NCBI GenBank assembly: GCA_017449065.1
Contig: JAFSKF010000055.1
Location: 4,301 to 68,300 of the forward strand
Source of the DNA: Bacteroidales bacterium
Lineage (GTDB): Bacteria; Bacteroidota; Bacteroidia; Bacteroidales; UBA3663
Length of the DNA stretch: 64,000 nucleotides
Direction of reading: 5' to 3'
Part shown: positions 37,332-45,276 of the stretch, in pieces
How positions within the stretch are numbered: the stretch's first letter is position 1
Layout of the letters: every line of letters begins with the position of its first letter
Position numbers and translations under genes: made by a program
The notes under the pieces: model-generated
The model's database searches: none
What the model was told of the DNA's origin: nothing
What the model saw: only the letters and a program-made list of their open reading frames with translations

Positions 37332-40300
37332 TTAGTTCCAATCTTTGTCTTCACCATAATCGTCAAAATCCACGTCATTCCCAGCGGGCTCTGCTGCTGT
37401 GGTAAATGTCACTTGTTCGCCCAAGGTCGTACCTTTTTCATTAGTAGCATAAGCTCTGACGTAGTATGTTGTCTCAGGCAAAAGTGTAGATATTTTAACT
37501 GATAAGTCGCTTGTTTTTCCACAAGACACCTTATGGTTGGACATTACAGGATTAGAAGAAGTAGAATAAACGAATCCTGCATCACTGACCGACCCGTTTC
37601 CTGCAGAAATAACGGATGCAGAGAGCGAAACTGATTTGTAAGTCACTCGACCAACGCTGACATTAGTCACAGAAGGCGGCACAATTTCGAGTGTCGCAAA
37701 ATCTGTCTCCTCTCCGTAACTTATACCAGCTTCATTGATCACATATGCCCGCACGTAATAAGTCGTATTATCCGACAATCCAGTCACGGTTTTCGAGAAA
37801 TAGCCGGTTTGTACACCCCCACAACTGATTCTCGTTGCATTGTTCACTATCGGTTCTGGAGACTTGGAATATACGAATCCGCAATCTACTATCGTCCCAT
37901 CTCCGTCACTGACAATCGAGCTACGGAAGGTGGCAGAACCGGTTCCGATACTCGATACTGCAACTTTAGCCGATTGAGGCAATTTGATTTCGTGAGTGGT
38001 TTTGAATCCGACATTGTTTCCATAAAAAGTTTCTCCGTCTTCGGTCTGAACATAAGCACGGACATAGTAATCTGTTAATTCAGACAAACCCGTAATGGTC
38101 AATAAAAATCGGTCTGTATATGCTGTCGAATACATATGATCATCGGAAATTGTCGGATAAGGAGACTTACTCCAACAAACACCCCGTTCCGCAATAGAAT
38201 GTCCACCTTTGTCAGATATCGATCCTCCTGTTGTTGCCTTATCATGAATGACATCGCTAACAGCAATGGTTGTCAAACTTACAACATCGTAAGCCGTCGT
38301 AAAAGAAACATCTTCGCCATAGGCTGTTCCGACAGAATTCGTTGCATAGGCCCTGATGTGATAAGTCGTATGCGGCAGAAGGTCTGTCAACTTAGAGGTA
38401 TAAGCTCCGACCACTGTTGCAGAACCCAGAGTTGTCTTATGATCCAATAACGTTGGATTAGAAGTCGTATTCCACACATGTCCATGTTGAGTAATACCAG
38501 TTTCATCACCGATTCTAAGAATGTTACCGGAAGCTGTAGCTTCTCGAGCCTGAACGCTCATAATCGCATCAGTTTCTACTAATGGAACCTTATTCTCATA
38601 AGCCGTTTCAAAAGTTACATCATTGCCGTAGTACGTTTCTCCGTCTGCGGTAAGTACGTATGCCCTCACATGATAGACCGTTTGTTCGTTTAATCCAGAA
38701 ATGCGAATACTGTATCGGTCTGTCGTTTCCTGTGAGCTGAGTTTATCGTCTGACGTTGTCGGATTATTAAAGGTGCTCCAGCATATTCCCCTTTCTCGAA
38801 CCACATGTCCTCCTTTATCCGAAATGATTCCTCCAGTAACGGCAGAGTTGTAGGTTATACCGGAAACTTCCAACGTTGCCAAAGTGACATCATCGTAAGC
38901 CGTAGTAAACATCACATTTTCACCATACGCTGTGCCGGTAGAATTGGTTGCGTAAGCGCGCACATAATAGGTTGTGTGAGGTTGAAGCTCTGACAGTATC
39001 GAAGTGTACGTTCCAATCGTGGAAGTGTAGCCCAACGACGTCTTGTTGTTTGCTGTTGTCGGATTGGTTGAAGTGCTCCATACATGTCCGTATTGTGAGA
39101 CGCTTGTCTCGTTGCCCATTGTCACTATATTTCCTGATACCGTTGCCTGTTTAGGGCGGATATCAGCGATCGATCCTGTTTCAACAGAAGGTACCTGAGG
39201 CTGGACTTTGGTTTCAAAAACCTGTTGTTCAGAATAGTTAATTCCTTCTGCATTTTCAGCGTATGCACACACATAGTATCTTGTCCCAGGTTGCAATTGA
39301 GAAGCTGAATATTCGAAATCCTTTGCCAACTCGCTATCTCCCAAATTGCACGACTGCCCCTTACCCAGCATCGGATGTTCTTCTGTACTCCAGCAAAAGC
39401 CGTGCTTTGTTACTTTTGCACTACCTAACGACACGATTCCGCCTTTGAATTTTGCTGAAACATAACCTATACTGTCAACAGTATAGAAAGTAACCGTCGG
39501 CTTGTCTTTCGATGGCACATTCATTCGGACTGGGATGTCTATATTGTCTTCACCAACTGTAAGCTTTAAGGCACCAGAATAGTCTCCAGCATTTAATCCT
39601 GTTCGGTCAACAACAACATTTAGCGCATCATTTCCAGATGTTATTGTACCACTCGTCTTCGAAGGAATAATCCAAGTATTCGACGGCGTCAGTGCATAGC
39701 TAACAGTCTGACTACCTGTATTTGTAAGCGTAAGTGTGATAGAAGTTGTAATGGAGCCAAAATCCAGTTCCTCCGGAGAAATTTTAACCGTCAGACCTTG
39801 AACACTGATATTAACTTTTACAACTGCACTACCCCCGTTACTTGAAATAGCAATAGTTTGCGAATATGTTCCTTTGGAAAGGCCTGTCCTATCTGCATTC
39901 AGAATTACAGACGAAGATTTCCCTATGACTGTAGTCCCTGAAGTCGGAATACATTGCAACCAGGAGATATCTTCGCTAATCTGCCAATTCAAGGCTGCTG
40001 CCCCGACATTTTTTATATCTAAGGTTAACGAAGTGTTTTCGTTGCCGAAATCAAAAGTTTCCTGACTGAGAGAGAGAACCGCCGTAGCTGGAGTCAAGTG
40101 GAAATCAAGTGTGGCTGTAACTCCTGTCTTAACAGCAACGCTCTTAACGTCTTCTTGGTATCCGCTTTTGGTGGCCTGAACACGATAGGAATCGGCATCT
40201 ATATCCTCAAAAGAATACATGCCATTCTGTCCTGTGGTTGTTGTTTTCCCAAGAGGAGACAAAGTCATTGCTACACCTTGGAGGGGTCTGTCCTGGGTAT

Positions 40301-40439
40301 CATAAACCGTACCGGAAATATTACCTGTAATGTCCACCGGATCTGAACTGCCACAAGACATCACGATAAGTGCTGGAAGCACCTCTAGTACATATCTGAT
40401 TATTTTTTTCTTCCGATGATTCATAAATAAAAAGTGCAT
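37332..40439 (-). CDS. Large surface lipoprotein: CarboxypepD_reg-like domain, two BACON-like domains, seven Fn3-like modules, acidic C-terminal tail (operon gene 1)
   Basis: 1035 aa (or a start at M6). The lipobox is IVMSC. The N-terminal domain carries GNISGTVYD..GVAMTL..TTTGQNGMYSF. The BACON-like pattern is L.LS...FDFG......L.I.N.G...L.W......W. The repeated modules carry G(F/I/V)CWS / HGHVWS ... YYVRAY. The C-terminus is DDYGEDKDWN. Confidence 0.8.
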   Translation of the reverse strand: MHFLFMNHRKKKIIRYVLEVLPALIVMSCGSSDPVDITGNISGTVYDTQDRPLQGVAMTLSPLGKTTTTGQNGMYSFEDIDADSYRVQATKSGYQEDVKSVAVKTGVTATLDFHLTPATAVLSLSQETFDFGNENTSLTLDIKNVGAAALNWQISEDISWLQCIPTSGTTVIGKSSSVILNADRTGLSKGTYSQTIAISSNGGSAVVKVNISVQGLTVKISPEELDFGSITTSITLTLTNTGSQTVSYALTPSNTWIIPSKTSGTITSGNDALNVVVDRTGLNAGDYSGALKLTVGEDNIDIPVRMNVPSKDKPTVTFYTVDSIGYVSAKFKGGIVSLGSAKVTKHGFCWSTEEHPMLGKGQSCNLGDSELAKDFEYSASQLQPGTRYYVCAYAENAEGINYSEQQVFETKVQPQVPSVETGSIADIRPKQATVSGNIVTMGNETSVSQYGHVWSTSTNPTTANNKTSLGYTSTIGTYTSILSELQPHTTYYVRAYATNSTGTAYGENVMFTTAYDDVTLATLEVSGITYNSAVTGGIISDKGGHVVRERGICWSTFNNPTTSDDKLSSQETTDRYSIRISGLNEQTVYHVRAYVLTADGETYYGNDVTFETAYENKVPLVETDAIMSVQAREATASGNILRIGDETGITQHGHVWNTTSNPTLLDHKTTLGSATVVGAYTSKLTDLLPHTTYHIRAYATNSVGTAYGEDVSFTTAYDVVSLTTIAVSDVIHDKATTGGSISDKGGHSIAERGVCWSKSPYPTISDDHMYSTAYTDRFLLTITGLSELTDYYVRAYVQTEDGETFYGNNVGFKTTHEIKLPQSAKVAVSSIGTGSATFRSSIVSDGDGTIVDCGFVYSKSPEPIVNNATRISCGGVQTGYFSKTVTGLSDNTTYYVRAYVINEAGISYGEETDFATLEIVPPSVTNVSVGRVTYKSVSLSASVISAGNGSVSDAGFVYSTSSNPVMSNHKVSCGKTSDLSVKISTLLPETTYYVRAYATNEKGTTLGEQVTFTTAAEPAGNDVDFDDYGEDKDWN
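37980..39191 (-). repeat. Tandem duplication of a two-module (~202 aa, ~606 nt) unit inside the Fn3-like array
   Basis: Residues 417-618 (PSVETGSIADIRPKQATVSGN..) and 619-820 (PLVETDAIMSVQAREATASGN..) align colinearly with many identical blocks, for example TAYGE(N/D)V.FTTAYD and DKGGH...ERG.CWS. Confidence 0.6.
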
Positions 40440-40513
40440 TCGTAATTTGTAATAAACTCTGCTATGACGACTATTAAAGTGTTACAATAAAAATAAAAGC
40501 AGGCAAACAGTTT

Positions 40514-40663
40514 CTACTCAAGATGGTAAAAACTGTTGTCTGTCTTAAAGAGAAGATATGAGAAAACCCTGAAATTAAAAATCAAATGAGAAATACCCCC
40601 CCCAATTAAATTCGGGAGAAGAGAATATACTTTGATCTCAGTTATATGGGTTCTTGGTTTCAT
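40514..40663 (-). other. 49-codon upstream ORF in the operon leader, containing a G8 tract
   Basis: Hand translation gives MKPRTHITEIKVYSLLPNLIGGGISHLIFNFRVFSYLLFKTDNSFYHLE*. It is below the 60-aa cutoff of the ORF track. Whether it is translated is unknown. Confidence 0.25.
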
Positions 40664-40703
40664 GGAGTGTTTTTATTAAGCTTCAGATAATTATCTTGCG
40701 CGG

Positions 40704-40731
40704 CAAAGATAAAAAAAAAATTTAGGACAAA
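40704..40731 (-). promoter_or_regulatory. Likely promoter of the seven-gene operon, with an A10/T10 tract in the spacer
   Basis: On the minus strand: TTTG (40731-40728), a 16-nt spacer that includes a T run, then TATCTTTG (40711-40704). I found no other TAnnTTTG between here and the start codon. Confidence 0.45.
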
Positions 40732-40838
40732 CAACTTATTTATAAAAAAAAGACCAAAATTGTGTGCATTTAATGAAAAAATATGTTATACAACACATTA
40801 TTAGGACCATTCTCTTTCTGGAAAGCCCACCAATCTAT

Positions 40839-40891
40839 ACGGAAAGCCAATGCGTAACCAAGTTGTTGAGTTATATCTGGGAATGACTGAA
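40839..40891 (+). pseudogene. Degenerate second copy of the 3' end of an MmeI-family gene
   Basis: The first 17 nt are identical to 29521-29537 (acggaaagccaatgcgt). Overall 42 of 54 hand-aligned positions are identical, with one 1-nt gap. It encodes ..YTESQCV.. compared with ..FTESQCV.. in the intact gene. Confidence 0.5.
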
Positions 40892-40909
40892 TATTTAAAC
40901 TATACAAAA

Positions 40910-40929
40910 GTGCAAGCAATTGCCTGCAC
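40910..40929. terminator. Palindromic hairpin downstream of the gene remnant
   Basis: The sequence gtgcaagcaattgcctgcac pairs at 9 of 10 positions around a central aatt. AT-rich sequence lies on both sides. Confidence 0.35.
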
Positions 40930-41060
40930 TTAATATTTATGAATCCCAATGACTCTTAATTCGTTATTTCCACGCTTGAATCGCTTAAATTATGCTATTA
41001 GATAGAATAGCAGACAACCTGATATCGCGAAATAGTGGACTTAAAAACAACTGTCCCTGA

Positions 41061-41738
41061 TCACTTTTCATGCACAGCGCGAACTGCACAACAAAAATAC
41101 AGGTCGCATATCATAAACTGTTTTTTAGAAGTATCGGTGTTAAAATTCAGATGATTGCAACCATACTCGTATCCATTAACGATATAAACCTCATCGGCAT
41201 CAGGTGTACCACACCAATAATTACCTTCATAGCTGATATTGGTATTATCCGTAAACTCAAAATCCATTGAAGAAAAAGACTCGCTCAAATAGTTACTTCC
41301 CGAATTAGGCAAAAAGATAGAATTGCCATTTTTTCCTGTGACACGAAAACCATTGTGTCCATTAACAGTTTCAACATTCCATTCACATTCGTCAACCAAT
41401 TCCCTCATTTCTTTACCTGCTGGCATTCTCCAACCATCTCCCATCATCACCTTAGCTATATCTTTGTCCGTTCCACTAACGTTCATACTTTCTAGCTTAG
41501 GAGATTTGACGGTTCCGGTAACATTCCCCAATGGAACTCTGACACCGACCTCCTCTGGATTCTCGGCACCTACATTGCAAACTGCCCAGTTTACACTTAA
41601 GCCCAAATCTACTCCATAGGATGCGGACTCCTGAATGGAAGCCAATTCTTGTGTATTTTCCGTTTTACTGCTTTGGGAACCGCATCCTGCAAATACAACA
41701 AATGCCAAGATGTTAGCAACAATTAAAAACTTTTTCAT
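41061..41738 (-). CDS. Lipoprotein with FISUMP/DUF1566-like domain
   Basis: I prefer the start at M24 (MKKFLIVANILAFVVFAGC), which lies downstream of the minus-strand -7 box TATATTTG (41779-41786). Motifs NWAVCNVGA and GDGWRMPAGKEMRELV resemble the Fibrobacter-paralogous/DUF1566 pattern (W+.P...E...L). Confidence 0.6.
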   Translation of the reverse strand: MKKFLIVANILAFVVFAGCGSQSSKTENTQELASIQESASYGVDLGLSVNWAVCNVGAENPEEVGVRVPLGNVTGTVKSPKLESMNVSGTDKDIAKVMMGDGWRMPAGKEMRELVDECEWNVETVNGHNGFRVTGKNGNSIFLPNSGSNYLSESFSSMDFEFTDNTNISYEGNYWCGTPDADEVYIVNGYEYGCNHLNFNTDTSKKQFMICDLYFCCAVRAVHEK

Positions 41739-41952
41739 GATGTTAAAAATTAGTATTAATGAGATATGTTTACGGGTGCAAATATAAAGGAAAAAGCTTT
41801 TCGACAATCAAAACGCTTGCAGTTTTTTTGAAAAATCCGCTACATTTTCGCATCATGCTAAAAAAATGATAGGATTGGAATGTCCGAATTATTATATCAG
41901 GACTCATGCCATCTCAATGCTATCCTTTTTTGTCGGCCTTATCACAACGCCC

Positions 41953-43107
41953 CTACTTCCGTTTCCCTGCCAGAACGAAGCCTACGTTCACCTCAATGTT
42001 TTCAGCATAAAAGCCACCGTTGCCTTTCACGAAATAACCTATGTAGGGCGAAGATTTGCTGTCCGGCTTAAAATACCAGCGCATTCCGATCTGTTCGTAA
42101 AGACGTGTGCGCTTGCGGCTTTTTTCCGATTTGTAATGACTCTCGTTCGCATAGTATCCCAGACAGACATCCACACCCAGATGATTGTAGATTGATTCGT
42201 GCTTTATGGATACACCCAGATAGTTCTGTCGTCCGTCAACGGCTCCTGTAGGGTTATAGAAGTAATCGGCACCGAGACCTAAGCCGTGCCGTTCGTTCAA
42301 CTTATACATCAGCGCCAGCGACGTATTGACGGATGCATGGATGGAATTGACAATGGTATCCGGATCGGCTGACTTATTACGGGCATTGATGCCACATCCG
42401 ACCCTGCCATCCAGATATATGAACTGGTTATTCATCCGATTTGCCTTACGTGCAGCATGGTCACTATTCTTAGTTTCCGGTTCACCCATATAATAGTGGT
42501 ATCGCAAGCTCCAGGTCAGACTGTTCAGACCATTATTCGGCAAATGTGTACCCGAATTGCTCACGTGGGTGAACTGCGGACCTGTCGAAAGGTCGTGATG
42601 CTCGTTGATGGTATAAGTGAAATGAAAACCCGCATTGAAATAGATCTGGAAATAGCCACTCTGCGTCTGACGGACATCTTTTGTGGCATGCGGATCGAAC
42701 TGATAGCCGTAACCATTCTCGATGACACCCGAAATGCTGTACCACTTGTTCTGCCAATAATGATGCCGTATAGAAACGCCCAGCGACAGGTATCTGCCCA
42801 AGCCGCGATTGTTCATCAGGTGTGAATATTCGTCCTTGACCTGCGGATGCGAATAATCCTGATAGGTCAGAATGCCGCTGATATAGGAATCGTACGGATA
42901 GTTTTGACCGGCAAACTGCCGCCCAATTCCTAACTGGAATCCGTTCATATATTGTTCCTTCACCGATGCTGGTGCCGACATCAGATAGCCGGAGTTGTGC
43001 GCCAGTTCGAGAACATAGCGATGCTTGAGGTTCGTTTTATACTGAGCTGCAGCCGGAAAGAACAAAGCCACTACCAGCATCACCAATATCAGTCGTTTTG
43101 TTAGCAT
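41953..43107 (-). CDS. Outer-membrane beta-barrel protein, PagL/acyloxyacyl-hydrolase-like
   Basis: I prefer the start at M22 (MLTKRLILVMLVVALFFPAAAQ). An HxSN motif (FTHVSNSG) is present, and alternating aromatic/glycine-rich strands suggest a barrel. The family call is tentative. Confidence 0.45.
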   Translation of the reverse strand: MLTKRLILVMLVVALFFPAAAQYKTNLKHRYVLELAHNSGYLMSAPASVKEQYMNGFQLGIGRQFAGQNYPYDSYISGILTYQDYSHPQVKDEYSHLMNNRGLGRYLSLGVSIRHHYWQNKWYSISGVIENGYGYQFDPHATKDVRQTQSGYFQIYFNAGFHFTYTINEHHDLSTGPQFTHVSNSGTHLPNNGLNSLTWSLRYHYYMGEPETKNSDHAARKANRMNNQFIYLDGRVGCGINARNKSADPDTIVNSIHASVNTSLALMYKLNERHGLGLGADYFYNPTGAVDGRQNYLGVSIKHESIYNHLGVDVCLGYYANESHYKSEKSRKRTRLYEQIGMRWYFKPDSKSSPYIGYFVKGNGGFYAENIEVNVGFVLAGKRK

Positions 43108-43443
43108 AGGATATTTCTTTGCCTGCAAAAATACGGAAAATCCGGAAGAATCCCTATATCGGCTGCTCAATTATTAAAAAAAATGTCATTTTTGCCTACC
43201 TATAGGACAGCAATTGATAACACAACATATAAATTCTAAAAGACAAAACAGCTCTTACGAAACCGAACAATCGGGAAGCCGTTCCCCGCGAGATTTCCCG
43301 CTTTTTCAGCATTCCGAATGTTACTTTTCCGCCAAAGAAGCGTTACATTGGGGGATGATGTTTCAAAATTGAAAGGATTTGGTATATTTCAGAAGCGGAA
43401 ATAGGAATAAAATCCTCAACTTTGCGCCATAAAATATTGAAAT

Positions 43444-45243
43444 ATGAGAAAACTACTGATTTTATGCATGCTTTTGGGCGCTATGGTGCAAAGCCAGGCA
43501 CAGAAAATGTCGCCCCTGCATGTGGAAGGACGATGGCTGTGCGACACCCTGGGCAACCATGTCAATCTGCACGGATTCGGACAGACCTACAGTCCGTGGT
43601 TTAACGAGCAAGGTTCGAAGTGGAACAACTACGATGTGAACGCTTGCCTGACCTACAACAAGAACCTGATCAACAACATCATGCTGAAAGGTTGGAAGAT
43701 GAACTGGCTGCGTCTGCACATGGACCCCTATTGGAGCAACACCCCGGGCAAACAGACAACAGGAGAAAACGACATCTCGGCATTCAGCGTTTCGCGCTTC
43801 AAGACCTACTTAGACAAGGTCTTTATTCCCATGGCAGAATACGCCAATGCGAAAGGCCTCTATGTCGTGATGCGTCCACCGGGAGTATGCCCTAAAGAAA
43901 TTGCCATCGGCGACGCCTACCACAAATACCTGCTGCAAGTGTGGGGCATCGTGGCCAGCCACGAGAAACTGAAAAACAATCCCTACATCATGTTCGAACT
44001 GGCCAACGAGCCTGTCAACATCTTAGGCACGGACGGACAATACACTTCGTGGAGCGACGGCAGCAACCGGAACATGACGAAATTCTTCCAGGCCATTGTC
44101 GATAGTATCCGCAGCTGCGGTGCCGAAAACATCCTATGGGTGCCGGGGTTGGGCTACCAGTCGCAATATGCCGGGTTCGCCAAATATCCGATTAAAGGCG
44201 AGAATATCGGCTATGCCGTGCATTGCTATCCGGGCTGGTACGGCTCAGACAGCGAGGCGGAAGGCGGTAGCGTGGAACAAGGCGTAGTTACCAAAGGAGC
44301 AGGATATGCAGAATTTCAGGCCGGATGGAACAATCAGGTAGGCCCGATTGCGAAGCTGGCTCCGATTCTGGTGACCGAAATGGACTGGGCGCCACAATCG
44401 TATAACTGCTCTTGGGGCAAGGCAACTACCGGCGTGGCTGGTGGCGTAGGCTTCGGCGCCAACTTTAAGTATATTATGGATAAGACAGGAAACGTCTCAT
44501 GGATGCTCTTTACGGGGCCGGAACACTTGGCCAAATATAACGATGCCGCCAAAGACGGAAAAACATTCCTCACCGATCCGGAGGCCTGTCCACGTCCGAT
44601 TTACCGCTGGTTCAAAGAGTATGCCGATCCGAATTGGACTTTCGACGATACGCTGGCATTGAAAACAATGTACTTCCCGAGCACCGAAACCGGCATGAAC
44701 CCGAACATTTGGGAGACCGGAACCTTCGATGCCGGATCAGGCTGCCTCATTACCGGACAATGGGGATTCGGCGGCTGGCAGTTCGGCAGCGGCTTAGATC
44801 TGTCGGAATGGAAATATCTGGTCATCAAACTGAAAAAAGCACCGGAATCGGACAGCTGGTCGTTCCGTATGTTCGACGAGAACAACTACTGGACCTCCTG
44901 CTATCAGAACGACTTCCATAGGCAGACAACGGTCATTGTGCGCCTGCAAAGCATGTACCGCACCATCAACGGCTCCGTATCAAGCACCCGACTCGACCCC
45001 TCACATATTTATATAGCCGGCTTCTGGAGTCCGGGCAATACGCCTCTCTACATCGACAAGATGTATCTGACCAACAGAAGCGACTATGCAGAAGAAGAGG
45101 ATGAAACCGGCATCGAACTGATTAACGAGGAAAGCGCCCCGAACCAGGATGTTTTCGACCTGACAGGACGCCGAATTGCCCCATCGCACTTCCGTCCGAA
45201 CCAGATTTACGTGAAAGGCGGCAAAAAAATAATCATCAGATAA
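43444..45243 (+). CDS. Secreted glycoside hydrolase family 5 enzyme with C-terminal accessory domain
   Basis: 599 aa with a signal peptide. The GH5 acid/base motif is FELANEP and the nucleophile motif is LVTEMDW. Confidence 0.8.
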   Translation: MRKLLILCMLLGAMVQSQAQKMSPLHVEGRWLCDTLGNHVNLHGFGQTYSPWFNEQGSKWNNYDVNACLTYNKNLINNIMLKGWKMNWLRLHMDPYWSNTPGKQTTGENDISAFSVSRFKTYLDKVFIPMAEYANAKGLYVVMRPPGVCPKEIAIGDAYHKYLLQVWGIVASHEKLKNNPYIMFELANEPVNILGTDGQYTSWSDGSNRNMTKFFQAIVDSIRSCGAENILWVPGLGYQSQYAGFAKYPIKGENIGYAVHCYPGWYGSDSEAEGGSVEQGVVTKGAGYAEFQAGWNNQVGPIAKLAPILVTEMDWAPQSYNCSWGKATTGVAGGVGFGANFKYIMDKTGNVSWMLFTGPEHLAKYNDAAKDGKTFLTDPEACPRPIYRWFKEYADPNWTFDDTLALKTMYFPSTETGMNPNIWETGTFDAGSGCLITGQWGFGGWQFGSGLDLSEWKYLVIKLKKAPESDSWSFRMFDENNYWTSCYQNDFHRQTTVIVRLQSMYRTINGSVSSTRLDPSHIYIAGFWSPGNTPLYIDKMYLTNRSDYAEEEDETGIELINEESAPNQDVFDLTGRRIAPSHFRPNQIYVKGGKKIIIR

Positions 45244-45266
45244 GGGCTCGACCTTATCTGATGATT
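45223..45266 (-). terminator. Strong intrinsic terminator for the COG0523 gene (hairpin shared with the GH5 3' end)
   Basis: A perfect 15-bp inverted repeat, aatcatcagataagg (45231-45245) / ccttatctgatgatt (45252-45266), followed on the minus strand by ATTTTTTT. Confidence 0.75.
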
Positions 45267-45276
45267 CAGATTCAAA

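Noticed and set aside
37332-37640. A T9SS C-terminal sorting domain on the large Fn3-like protein.
   Set aside because: The last ~95 residues are another Fn3-like module followed by a short acidic tail. There is no separate ~80-aa CTD pattern, and no T9SS genes are in the window.
28100-41900. The low-GC block as a classical integrative or conjugative mobile element.
   Set aside because: I found no integrase, transposase, relaxase, tRNA-adjacent att site or terminal inverted repeats. Only the duplicated RM 3' end hints at an insertion, so I report the block as a compositional island rather than as a mobile element.
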